From Selaginella moellendorffii (taxonomy: Eukaryota; Plantae; Lycopodiophyta), in contig NW_003314277.1 of assembly GCF_000143415.4 (NCBI RefSeq), positions 1,074,868-1,138,867 on the forward strand: DNA of 64,000 bases, given 5' to 3'. The first letter of the stretch is position 1, and every line of letters begins with the position of its first letter. The translations under genes were made by a program, and so were the position numbers. Shown here one piece after another: positions 20,177-32,451 of this stretch. The notes beneath the pieces were generated by a model, which had not been told where the DNA came from, ran no database searches, and saw only the letters and a list, made by a program, of their open reading frames with translations.

Positions 20177-22831
20177 TTACCGCGAGCAGAGCCCCGCGGT
20201 GTCAATCGACCGGAGCCTTCTAATCTCCTCGTCGAGGCCCCGGATTATCCTGTCGTGGACGGTGTAGACTCCCGTTTGCAGTAAGTCGGCCTTCTGCTTG
20301 GTGAGCCTCACTATCTCAGACCTCTGGAATGCAGTTATCTGTGATAGGAAGGGCTCGCTGTCGTCAAACGAAGGAGCAACTATGTGCTCCATCGCTGCTA
20401 GTCTCTCGAAAAGCTCTCCTTTCGGTGGTGGTGGTGGCGGCGGCGGCGGCGGCGGCAGTGGAGGCTTTTGAGGCACTGGATTGCGTTGCTCGGGCTCGGC
20501 AACTGCTGGATGACTGGTTGCCGGGATCACAGCTTCCTTGTGCTCCTTGGTCTCGTGCTTGCTTTCGTCAGGTTCGCTCTCTTTGGCATCGGCAGTGGCC
20601 TCTTTGCTCAATGCCTCGGTATTTACTTGGCGTCGTGATACAGCAGCGGTGGCAGCAGCAGCGGCGGCAGCTGCGGCGGCCGTGAGAGCCGTTTGCTCCT
20701 GTTGCTGGAGGCGCTCCACTTGTTCTTTCAGCTGCTTGAGCTCGAGCTTGTCTTGGCTAGCTGCGCGAAGATGTTCCTGGAGCATTGCCGTGAGAGCCGT
20801 CGTGTCCCGACCGCCGCTGCTAGGCCGCGGGGGCGGTGGCTCTTGCGAGCGCTTGCGCATGTTTGCGAGTTCTTTGGCCAGCCGTATCACCTGTGAGCAA
20901 ATCCCTCCCTCTATTGAGTCAAAAGGAAAGAGAAAAGGTGGTGGAACTTTCTTGATACCTGTGCTTTGTACTCGTCTCGGGTCTTTTCGGCTGCGTCAGC
21001 TTTCTTTTCCAGCTCGTGGCATTGGTGCTTGAGGACTAGGATCTGGGCTGCGAGGTCGGCCTCGGAGGATAGCCTCTGTGCGGATTTGTAGGCCGCAAAC
21101 TCCTTCTCCACCGCGGCCAGCGTCGCGTTTGTGCTTGCCAGGCGCTGCTCCACGGCAGCGTATTGCTGCTGGAGCATCACAAACTTGCCGTGCTCCATCT
21201 CGATTCGTTGCTGGTAGTCGGCTTGCATTCTCTTGGCAACATTCTGAAACGCACAAGCAAAAGATTTGAGCATTGGCAAAAGTGAAAAGAAAGAAAGCGA
21301 GAAAACCTCGGCATCTGCTACTCGCTGTGCGCATTCTCGTTTCAAGGCTTCCTTTCTCAAAGCCGCTTCTTCTTCGGCATGAACCAGCGTTCTATCTCGT
21401 TTCTCCACAGCTAGTAGCTTCGTCCTGGAACAAAAGAAGAAGAATGACTCTCAGGGCGCTACGAAGGAAAGCTCGTCTCATAGTTCTTTTGTCTTCCTTA
21501 CCTTAGCTTTGCTTCCAGATTAGCGAGCTCAAGTCTAACCTTGTCCAAGGCAGCAGCTTGATCCTTTTGTTTCCTCTTGGACTCCTCTTCCAGGGCCTTG
21601 ATCGTCGCGACTTCCTTCTCCTTGAGCTCTGCGCGCCACCTCGCTTCTTCCGACCGCCGCCACATCTCAAACTCCCATGCCAGCTCGTACTCGACGTGCT
21701 CCCGGAGATCATCGCTCTTCTCGTCTTTGGCAGCACAGTGCACCACGTCTTTGCTAACCGGTTGGAACGAAACCGATGCCTTCTCGTGCTGCACGGCAGG
21801 AGCAGTCGAAGCAGCAGCAGTGGCCGTGGTCTTTTCTTTCTCGGCGTTCCTCTGCCCATTCTTTTTGGAAGCTCCTTCGGCCGCCGAAGTATCGGTTTGC
21901 ACAGCCACGGCCTTCGATCCGAGGTACTGGCTGATGTTGTTCTTGAGAAGAAGGAACGACTCTTCCAGCCCCGGACACGGATGATTCAGTGATGGCTCCT
22001 TGCCTTCCACGCGCTTGTGCTGTGATCCACTGACGGGTCCTAGTTCCTCGGCCGCGAGCACGATCCTGATGGAACCAGTCGTGACCTGTCTTACAATTAG
22101 CGCGATCGGAAAAACTGGATGCAACCCAAGTTACTTGTTTCTCGTTCCTCACAGTCACGTAGCCATCGAGTCGTGGGTCGTGCATCAACGGAGCCATGGA
22201 GATTCGAGCAATTCCTATCACGCTGTCCGCTGCATACCTGTGGAAGAACAAAGAGCTTGAAACCAAAAAGGAATTTGTTTTCTTGGTACCTATCGCGATG
22301 ATAGACTTCGGCTAGAAGATGAGGATCTTGTGCCAGTGTCGCAGCCAAGCCAAGCACAGAAACCGGCAGCTCCAGAGCAACGTAGCTGAAAACCAGTTTG
22401 GCAGCACCAGATTATCATCTGTAGAGAAGTGTATCATTATAAAAGCTCGCAATCCTTCTAACACTCAAACAAACAACAAAGAGCTAAAGGAAAAGCGTTT
22501 CTCTCTTCTTTTTTTTTCTCTCGGGGAAGAGATCTCTCTTCTTTTCTTCCTACGAGGAAGAGGAGACTCACCCATTTGGAATGGTGACTTCGCTGCATCG
22601 CTCCACGAGAACAGGAGGATGGCTCCTCAGCGGCGCCGTAAGCTTGGCCGCATTGCTCCCCGGAGTGGCCGACTCGAGGGCCAGCTTGACGATCTCCGGC
22701 GGTAGCACCACCTTGACGAACGCATTCACGGCGCGCATTGGCAGGCGCACGCCCGCCTTGAAGCTCCGCACATCCACGCTCACGCGGAAGAGCCGCAAGG
22801 CGGCATCGCCAGCTCCACCCCCGCCTTCCAT
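20177..22831 (-). CDS. CEP120: CEP120-like centriolar protein (single C2 domain plus coiled coil)
   Basis: C2 domain FRVSVDVRSF...PLRSHPPVLVER...LLAEVYHRDRY..DSVIGIARISM, then EYELAWEFEMWRRSEEARW, a long coiled coil and C-terminal RLTKQKADLLQTGVYTVHDRIIRGLDEEI. All match CEP120 hallmarks recalled from the animal protein. Confidence 0.85.
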
Positions 22832-22971
22832 GGACCAAGAACCCTAAATTTCCAACGAACTAAAGAATTTTTCTTTTTTTTAGGGCAAAGCTTCGCATTT
22901 GAAATTTAGGGCAGGACCATACAAATTCCCATTACCAAAGGTTCATAATCGTGTGATCAGTGGCTAGGGTT

Positions 22972-23758
22972 ATGGGTGGCGGCTTCACTTGCGTTGTGGG
23001 CGGCTTGCCCTGGTATGCCGATCAACGAGACCTGGATGGATTCATCCGGTTTGGAGATATCACCAGCGCCAAGGTAATAAAGATTCAATGCCTTTTTGTT
23101 TTGAAATTCTCTTCTTTTCTCAATTAATTAGATCATGCGTGACGAGAAGAACTTCCCAATGGGCTATGGCCTCGTCACCTTTAGCAGCGAGAGAGGCATG
23201 CGCAAGGCCATTGAGAAGATGAACGGCAAGCCCTTGCCGGACACGGGCTACGAGGTCCACCTGCTAGACGTGTTTGAAGCAACACCGGGGAGGGACTCTT
23301 GGAGCTGGGACACGCGAGAGTGCGAGAGGTGTGGACTGCCCGGCCACTGCAAAAAGGATTGCAACTCCATTCCCCCTACCGATCCAAAGCATGTCTTTGC
23401 GGGAGAGCTCAAGCCCCACCCATTCAGACCTGAGGTGCGTTAAAGCTTGCAATTTCTCCGTGAAAGTTTGTCATCTCTCCTCCTTGTGTGTGTGTGCGAG
23501 GTTATGCGGTACACGCTCACCCGTGAGGACTGGCCATGGGAGCCCCCGGCGCCTGATTACACCCAGAGAGAATGGCGGCAGGTGAGGAGAACGTATTGGA
23601 ACATGACGGTCGCTGTGGATCCAAATCGGCTCCGGAAGAGCGTTTTGGAAGCCTTTGATCGCTATGGCCCCTGGGAGTTCTTCCATGATCCTATGGACAG
23701 AGCTGATGGCTCTTTGCGTCCGGTCCCCAGGATTATCAGGCCGACCTTTGTTTTCTAG
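22972..23758 (+). CDS. RRM plus CCHC zinc-knuckle protein (3 exons) with an unrecognised C-terminal domain
   Basis: RNP2-like CVVGGL, RNP1-like MGYGLVTF, knuckle CERCGLPGHCKKDC. GT-AG introns at ~23074-23131 and ~23435-23500. Confidence 0.75.
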
Positions 23759-23789
23759 TAAATAAAGGGTTCACAAAATTTAGACTACA

Positions 23790-24118
23790 GTTGCAACGAA
23801 ACCGATGCCTGCACAGTCGAAGCAGTTTCTCAGTGTTCCTCGGCCCATTTTGTCTTTTGGAGCTCCATCCGCCCAAGTATCGTTTCACAGCCACGGCCTT
23901 CGATCCGAGGTACGGGCTTAGAAGAAGGAACGACTCTGGATGATTCAGTGATGGCCTCTTGGTACCTAGCGAGGATCTTATAAAACCTCGCAATCCTTCT
24001 AACACTCTAGCTAAAGAACTAAAAAGCTTCTCTCTCTTTTTTGAGAAAACGAATGGTGACTTACCAAGAACCCTAAATTCCCAACGAACTTTCTAGGGCA
24101 CATTTGAAGTTTAGGGTT
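23790..24118 (-). pseudogene. Deletion-collapsed duplicate of the CEP120 5' region and its upstream sequence
   Basis: Successive blocks match 21766-21995, 22447-22465, 22579-22591 and 22834-22911 in the same order (aacgaaaccgatgcc; acagccacggccttcgatccgaggtac; ctcgcaatccttctaacactc; accaagaaccctaaatt). Confidence 0.8.
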
Positions 24119-24126
24119 CTTGAGCT

Positions 24127-25062
24127 ATGGCAGTGCTGCTAGGCAGCTTGTCGGCTCCTGGCATCCATCCTCTAGCCAGGAGATCACCACAGAGGAAGGG
24201 CTTCTCGGCGTCTAGGTTGTCAATCCGGTGCTGCGAATCTTCTCCTCCTCGCGACTACGTGCCAGTGGTGAAAATGTGTGGGATCACCACACCCGGGGAT
24301 GCCAGTCGCGCGGCGGCGGCCGGGGCGAGCTACATTGGGATGATTCTCTGGCCGCGATCCAAGCGATCCGTGTCGATCTCCCTCGCGAGAGAGATCGCCG
24401 CCGCGGCCAGGGAGCAGGGCGCGGTGCCGGTGGGGGTTTTCGTGGACGAGGACGCGCACACGATCGCGGATTCGTGCCGGGAGGCCGGGCTAGATTGCGC
24501 GCAGGTAAGCCAGTGCTCCAGGGAATTGGGGAACTCTTCCAGGATGATGAGATTGGCACTGGCAGCTCCATGGAAGCGGTGCTAGAGCAGCGCTCGATGG
24601 CCTCGCATCGTCCTCGTCATCGCTACGAGTGATCTACGTAGCTCACGCCGACAAGGATGGATCCATCCAAACTCCACAGCCTGTGGCGGGGGCTCCCGTG
24701 GAGTGGACACTGATCGATAGCATTCAGGGTGGAAGGTATGCGATCTTTTCCTTGCGTGTTCTTCGGCTAGAACAAACTTTTTTTTCTCTGTGGGACTTGA
24801 CAGTGGCGAGAGTTTCGATTGGGAATCCTTGAGTCGGCCAGGCTTGGGCTTTGTTGGGAAGAGAGGATGGTTCTTGGCTGGAGGATTGAAGCCCGAGAAT
24901 GTGGGAAGGGCGATCTCGCTGCTGAGGCCGAGTGGAGTGGACGTTTCGAGTGGGATTGCTGGGCCGGATGGGATTGCCAAGGACTTGGATCGCATCGCCT
25001 CTTTCGTGAGCGCCGTCCACAACTGGAGGAGCCAGCGAGAAGAGAATGCTCTGCTATTATGA
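24127..25062 (+). CDS. PAI: Phosphoribosylanthranilate isomerase (TrpF), plastid-targeted, 3 exons
   Basis: Transit peptide, [53 protein letters not shown]. Confidence 0.95.
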
Positions 25063-25515
25063 ACAAGTTCCACTTCGCTTGGAGCATTTACCGCAAGAAG
25101 GCATTTTGTGTTTGGGAAGATTCCGTACTACACTTGGCTTGGAGTGAGACGATTGTCTTTGAGAGTTGTGAACGTCATTGGCGTTGTTTCTTCTTCAGCT
25201 AGCTTCGGCCGATTGTCTCGATGGATCGAGGTGGTGCTTGGAAAGATCACGCGTTTTCAGTTACCCTTTGGACTTGTGTAGAGTTGCAAGCGCCCAAAGG
25301 CACTTGCATTATTTGATCAGCACTATTTCTTGACGATCATGATCGCGTTTTTAGCTGTGTTTGTGACAATCCTCCTTGGAATGGACAATGGTGGAACGCA
25401 GCAGCCCATAAGCGAAACGGCCAGAAGTGCCGGCAGTAACACTTCTTCGCTTGGAGCACGAGAAGGCATCTTGTGTTTGGACTCGGAGTGAAAGAATCAA
25501 CTCAGTCCCAGTCCC

Positions 25516-26251
25516 TTACGCTCGTGGCCTGATAATCCTGGGGAACTCACGGCAAGAGCCATCATATCTTGGCGCATCATTGTGGAAGTACTCCTCGGGC
25601 GGTAAGATAGTGAAGGCTCTCAAAACGCTCTCCTGGATTTGCTTTGAATCCACAGGGACCTTCATCTTCCAATACGGTCTCATCACCTGCCGGCATTATC
25701 TCTGGCTGTAAACAGGCGACGGGGCCTCGCAGGGCGCGTCCTCACGGGTGAGCGTGTACTCCATTTCCTTGAGATTACAAACTTCCAGGAGAAATTACGA
25801 ACTTTAACTCACCTCAGGTCTGAATGGGTCGCGCTTGAGCTCTCCCGCAAAGACATGCTTTGGATCGGTAGGGGGAATGGAGTTGCAATCCTTTTTGCAG
25901 TGGCTGGGCAGTCCACACCTCCCGCACTCTCGCAAGTCCCGGCTCCAAGAGTCCCTCCCTGGTTTTGCTTCAAACACTTCTACCGGGTGGCACTCGTAGC
26001 CCGTGTCCGGCAAGGGCTATCTTATCAATGGCCTTGCGCATGCCTCTCTCGCTGCTAAAGGTGACGAGGCCATAGTCCATTGGGAAGTTCTTCTCGTCAT
26101 ACATGATCTAATTGAAAAAGAAGAGAATGTAAAAACAGAAAGTGCAATTTACCTTTGCGCTGGTGATATCTCCAAGCTGGATGAATCCTTCCAGGTCTCG
26201 TTGATCGGCATACCAGGGCAAGCTGCCCACAATGCAAGTGAAGCCGCCCAT
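25516..26251 (-). pseudogene. Pseudogenised paralog of the RRM-CCHC gene
   Basis: High similarity to 22972-23758. An 8-nt deletion near 26020 (gataagat-agcccttg versus gagaagatgaacggcaagcccttg) shifts the frame, and exon 3 has a premature TAA (cagagataa). A further fragment lies at ~26385-26455. Confidence 0.8.
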
Positions 26252-26884
26252 GAGTGCTCTATGAATTACAGCCTTCCGAAAAAATATCTATCCAATTGTG
26301 AGCTTTGTTACACTTCATACAATCAGCTGTTGAAAATTTACATTTTAACCAGCCAAAATAGCTTAAGCTTTTGTAATGATGCTATAACTCACCTGTCTGA
26401 ATGGGGGTCAAAGGTATGCTTTGCATCAGTTGGCTGGGCAGTCCACACCTCTCGCCCGTCCCTCCCTAAACTAAACAAGAGGGTTGTTAATTGAATTTAA
26501 AGGACAAAGTTCAAGGGTTTTTTAATTATTACTTTGCTGATAAGACTGTTTATCATGGTAAAACAACATCATTGACGCAAATCTGGGAAACTTAGGAATC
26601 TCTTTGAATCAAAGCAAAGCAACAATAAAACAGCAAAGGGGACATACAAAACAATTGACGTGTGGAATAATCTTGGGCTCATGAGAGATCAAATTGGCCA
26701 TCCTCTAGTGACCGGCAGATAATTTTCTAAAGAAAATACACGACTTTTCAAAACAAAGACATTGTTTTAAACATTTTTAAAGTGAAAAAAATTAGTTGTG
26801 GTTACTACTAGAGGTTTTATTTGCAAGAATTATTTTATTCACATCATCCCAAAAAATAATCACTCCATTCACAGTATACTCTCT

Positions 26885-29800
26885 CTACCTGAATCCTCCC
26901 TGCTGCTGCGATGGGTTATACATCCCCATCCCCATGCCATTCATCATGGGCGGCGCCATGGGCATCATGCTAGGATGCATTCCCATGGGCGGTGGAGGCA
27001 CCATGCCCATGCCCATGCCCATGCCCATACCCATTTGTCCACCCATGATGGGTGGTGGCGGCGGAGGTGCCCTGTGCATTATACTAGCACCAGCCAGCCC
27101 GAGACCAGAGCCCGACCCCATTGCCTGGCCTTTCGTCGCTGGCACCGACGATGTTTTCTTTTCTTCTCTTCTGGAAGCCGAGACTTTGGATTCCGTCAAG
27201 TGGATCCCCAGCTCCGCGAGAGGATCGCTCTTTACTGCAAACAGTGAAACAAATGTGAGTTGGGGGGGGAAAAGAAGCAGAGATGTCATACGTACATGGT
27301 CCTATGTTGAGGTTCACGAGACCCGAGCTGAGAGTGTCGGCCCAGACCGCGGACTTTGGCTGGAAAGGTTCCTGCTGCTTCGGCTTGGCGTGCAGAGTTG
27401 TGTCTTGGACCGAACTTTGCTGTTGCTGCTGCTGCTGCTGTGGAGCAAAAGGTTGTGAATAAGTTGGAGTTTGCTGCTGCTGCTGAAGAAACGACTGCGG
27501 CTGCTGCTGCTGCGGGAAACCGGCCTGTGCAAAGTGCGGCGGACGGAAAGTTGGTGGCTGTGGCACGAAAGACTGGGCCTGCTGTTGGAAGGCCGGTTGT
27601 TGTTGCTGAGGGAATTGCTGCTGCTGGAAGGGAAACTGCTGCTGAGGAGGGAACTGTTGTTGCTGCTGTGGACGGAAAGGTGGCATTTGCTGCTGCGGAG
27701 GAAACTGTTCCTGGGGTGGAAGCTGCTGCGGAGGGAACTGCTGCTGCGATGGTAGCTGCTGTGGAGGAAACTGTTCCTGGGGTGGAAGCTGCTGCGGAGG
27801 GAACTGCTGCTGCGATGGTAGCTGCTGTGGAGGAAACTGTTGCTGCGGCTGCAACTGCTGCGGAGGAAACTGTTGCTGCGAAGGAAGCTGCTGCTGCAAC
27901 TGCTGCGGAAGAAACTGTTGCTGCGATGGAAGCTGCTGCTGCAACTGCTGCGGAGGAAACTGTTGTTGTGCATGGAATTGTTGCTGAGGCAAGCTTTGCT
28001 CTTGCTGCTGCTGTGGAAGTTGCTGCGGCGGCGATTGACTGTTTTGCGCTTGGAAAGGATTGTCAGAAGACAATTGCGATGGCAACTCAGGCTGAGATTC
28101 CTGTTCGTACTGCGACTGTGGAACAAGGGCCAACGCTAGAGAGTCTTCAAATGAATTCGCTACACCATTGGTTGCGCCATCGGGAGCATTAGCGTGAAAC
28201 TCTGGCGTACCGAAAGGATTCGAGGGGTCAAGATCCTAAACACCAAAGCACGTGATTATAACATGAACTGCGATTCGTCCCCATACTTACGGTGCTTGAC
28301 GCGGAGGGAGCACTAGTGGGAGCAAATAGCTCCTCGACAGCACTTAGAAATGTCGGAGGTGCAGTTCCTGCCGATGTCAGTTTTGGCTCGTGACCAAAAA
28401 GATCTTGGTCCGATGAAGAACCTATACAAAGGTGATCAGTCTGGCAACAAAATAAAAAGAAGAAACACAAAGTTGAGCAGTACATACCGGGTATGGAGCC
28501 TCGTGGGTCAAATTCATCAACTGGAGAGCTTTCCGTCTTGGTTTCTTCTCGTAACTCTTCCTCTTTTTTAGCGTGGCTCTCTAAAGGAGCAACAGTATCG
28601 TTCCTGCTGACATACAACATATGCAAGTAAGCGCCGGTGCACGCATACATTAAGTACGTATATACCCCTTGCTTTGAGATCCATTTGCCGGACTAGAAAC
28701 CTCTTCATAGCTCGGGGGATTCGACCTCCCTCTTGACTGCTTTCTCTCGGATTTCCTGAAATCGCGATTGAGAATAAGTAAGCATTATAACGACAACTGC
28801 ATACATACCAGTCGTCGTCATCTTTGCTCCCACTACTTCTGCAAATTGCATAGTCAGAATGGGAAGAGTTATAAGCACTGAGGTTGCATACCTTGCATCC
28901 TCATAGCCACGGTCTCTATCAGTGCCATCATACTTGTCGGAATAAGGACGATCACTGTCTCGGCCATAGCGATCATCATCTCGGTATCTGTCTCCGTCTC
29001 TGTATCTGTCGTCATATCGATCCCCGTCCCTGTATCTATCTCCGGAATAGCGACCACCCCCATATCTATCATCGTCGTCACGGTCTGAATAAGTACCGCC
29101 AGTGCTCGAGTAAGAACTCGAGCGATAAATCCCTCCAACAGAAGATACGCCACGGTACCTGCATATGCAAGCATTGAGTGACAATCAACTGACGGGTGAT
29201 CTACGTACTTGTCTCTGTTCGCAGCTGCTTTTTGACGAAATTCACGAATTTTTTCTTTGTCGTTTATAAGAGAAACTAATGCCTGGGCTTTCCTCCTTAC
29301 AGTAAGTCCTTGGTCCCTACCACTAGAGTCCACATATTGAAAATCGACTAAAGTCTGCAAAACAACGCGGCTAAGAACTAGAAATAGTTGTGCTTGTTCT
29401 GCTACGAACCTGGATTTGGTAAGTGTGCTCCCGCAGTTCATCTATGAATCTTTCAGCGCCATGACCAACAAGAAACTCCATCACCGTCAGAGACTGTTAC
29501 AAACACAACAAGAAGTTCAAAAAAACTTTGCTTGCATTGGAAAAAAAAGGGTTTAAAAACCTTACCTTCAAGACATGACGCCAGTTCCTGCCTCGGTCAT
29601 TCAGACGCTTCCATAAAATAGTCATGATCATCTGATACTCGTTACTGCAAGAAGGGAAAGCACAAAAAGCGATCAAGCACTGTGAAAAGCAAAACAATCT
29701 TCGAGATTACAAATTCCGAGTCGCTTGGGCGATATCAGCCATGAGTGTTCCATGAGGACCCCAAGGCTCGTTGCAAGTCGCTTCTAAGACCTTCGAAAAC

Positions 29801-30023
29801 AAAAATGTAGCGCTACATGTAAGATCTCGAGAGCCAAAACCAAAAGACCTTTACCTTTCTCTCGATTTCTGGAACTTTAAGCACCTTCTTGTTCACTTCT
29901 CTCTTCCTGCAATACCAAAAAAAATGTTGGGCATCACCAGGAATTCCCCCCACTGTTCGAAGAAAATCGAGCGAAAACTCACATATTCCGGACCGTCTTA
30001 TCCAGCGCCTTCTTCAAATCCAT
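26885..30023 (-). CDS. ENTH-domain clathrin interactor (epsin-like), multi-exon
   Basis: [81 protein letters not shown] motifs, [18 protein letters not shown] and a Met/Gly-rich C-terminus. Confidence 0.92.
27415..28030 (-). repeat. Coding Gln/Pro/Phe minisatellite within the epsin gene
   Basis: QQQFPPQQL-type repeats, including a 66-bp unit repeated at 27697 and 27763. Confidence 0.9.
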
Positions 30024-30435
30024 TTTCGCTACACCCAACAGGCCCTCGGGAGCTCCGGATCTGGGATCTCCGCGCTAGGTCGCGATATTCAGCCGGATCT
30101 GAGGCAGCCGCAGCGAAATCTCTTCAGATGCCATCGCCGGAGGCGCCGTCAGCAATGCTTACCACATAAAAATCGCGAATTGACGCGCGCGAGCAACGCA
30201 AATCCGGAGGAAACGATGAGCCGCCTCTCGGAGGAGCATCAGCGCACGCGCACGAAAATGTAGAACAGGGAGATTCAGTAAAGAGAAACCCCTATCGTGG
30301 AGCACTTTTGGTCGTCCATTGGTTTAAAAGAACGGCGAGATGTGGCCCAACTTAGTATACTGCATAGCCCCAGGTGGCGCCCCCAGGGCCGTCGGATTGC
30401 CCGAGTCAACTTTTTAAAATTTAGGGTTAGGGCTC

Positions 30436-31713
30436 ATGCGCTGTGGATGGGGACGTTGCAGCGTCGTGAGAGCGGCGCTCCACGGATCGATCGCATCGCC
30501 TCGATCGATCAGAAGCAGCAGCAGCAGCAGCAGCAGTGATCGGCGTCTCCGATTTTTCTTCGATGCTGAGAATGAGGTGCCAATCTTCTACGCGAACAGG
30601 ATCGGTAGCTTCTGGTTCGAGCAAGATTTCCACGCGCTCTTCCGGAGAGCATACAGAGGGACTAGCGGCGATGGAGCAATGGATTACGCGAAGCTCGATC
30701 CGGCCGCCTGCATTGCGGCGATGGAGACGATCGGGCACACCCCGGCCAACAGGGAGATTGGGGTGTGCACGATTCCAAAGCTCTTCCACGAGAAGGGATG
30801 CTATCGAATTCGCCAGTGGACAGGGGAGCTGATGGGGCGAGAGTTTTTCTACCACGACGTCCTGCTGAGGCCGCTGGAGCTCCAGAGATTGCTACTCGAG
30901 GAAGAGCTCGCCAAGAACGGTGTTGTTCGTAGAGCAAGGTACTAGAGCGAGGAAAAAAAAGGTTTTCTTTTCTTCACGTCCGAGAGCTTCGCACAGATTC
31001 GCCAAGACAAAAGCGTGGATCGAGTCGGCCGCTGTGAAGCACGGGTTGGAAGTAGAGCTGATGAAGCAACAGGGATCCAACCTCGTCATCTTTCTGTCCC
31101 GGCAGGGATTGGAAAGGCGCAGCGCGATCGTCAAAGAGCTGGAAAAGGCTGGAGTTTGCGTCGAGGATGGGATCAAGCTCCAACTTTGGAGGCCCGAGGA
31201 GGATGCGCTCTACGCAGACACTCCACTTCCCTCGGAAAAAATGGCGGCCGAGAAGATGAGACGCATGAACGAGCGACTTGCGATGACGCATTGTCAACTT
31301 TGTCCAAGAACAGAGGTACTCTTACGTTCTTCTTCTTTTTTTTTCTTTTTGTTTTTCTGAAGCACGACTTTTTCCAGGGAGAACCTGTGGAATGGTACGA
31401 GGAATCGCCATCAAGGCCATTGTACGGGAGAGATTACGGATTCACCACGGACAAGCTGGTGATAGACATCGATACAAATCGATGGAGGAGGAACGAGAAC
31501 GCCATACCCTGGGAGGAGAGACTGCTAGCCACGCCTGGAGGGAAATTCAGAGAGGTACTCACCATTGTCGACATTGATGGCACGCCAGCAGATTTAATGC
31601 TGCCGAAAAAGAGAGTTCGGGGTTGGGGTGCTGCCAAGTTTGACAGTGGCAGCGCCAGGAGAAAGTCGCCGTCCCGGAAAATCAAATTTTTTACAGACTT
31701 TCTCAAGAAGTAA
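30436..31713 (+). CDS. Unknown protein, 3 exons, with a possible organellar transit peptide
   Basis: ORF pieces 30436-30938, ~30997-31315 and ~31378-31713 join through GT-AG introns with polypyrimidine tracts. Coding-like GC content and an Arg/Ser-rich N-terminus. No family recognised. Confidence 0.6.
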
Positions 31714-32451
31714 AATAGATCGCACAAAAGGTTGGTTGAATTCACATGTATTTTCTCTTACCAGATTCTAGTTTTTTGCAGGATCTACCTCAGGAGTAAA
31801 CTGTTCGTTGCAACGTCAAGCTGTTCATTCCTGTCGATGACGTTCGTATCCTCCAGATGTATTATCAGATGTATCTTCTCTTACCGGATTCTTTTTTTTT
31901 TTTTCCCAGGATCTACTGCAAGCTGTTCGTTGCTACTTCAGGCTGTTGAAGATGTTGCTCGAATTTCTGTCGATGACGTCTCTCCTGGTTCGTGTCCTCG
32001 ATTCGAGAGTATCGTCCCGGCTCCCAAGAGCAAAGCCTGTCCACGATCGAGAAACTTAACTTCACCAGCGTTCCTCCTCAGTCCTCACAAGCACGACTAG
32101 GCAAATCGAGAAAGCCTGTGGAAACCAGACTTTCAGTCACTCTCGGCTTCTTCCAGAAGATCTCGTCCCAGATCACGGCAAGGTGATCTCGAGGACTGTG
32201 GATCTTGCACTCTCGCTGCTAGCGCCGATTCGGCAGAGAATTGCCATGCTTGTCCTTCCGTGCTGGTAAAGTCGGCATTGCTACAAGTCAGGCACAAAGT
32301 TCCATGGAGTTTTCTAGCGCTGGAAGTTTTCTAGTCCCGTTTCTAAGTCCGTTCTAAGCGTTCATTGTTACTCCAATTGAAAATCGCCCTTTTTAGGGCA
32401 ACCATAGTATAGTCCTCTGTTTTAGGGTTTTTCTCTGGAAGCGCAGATCAA

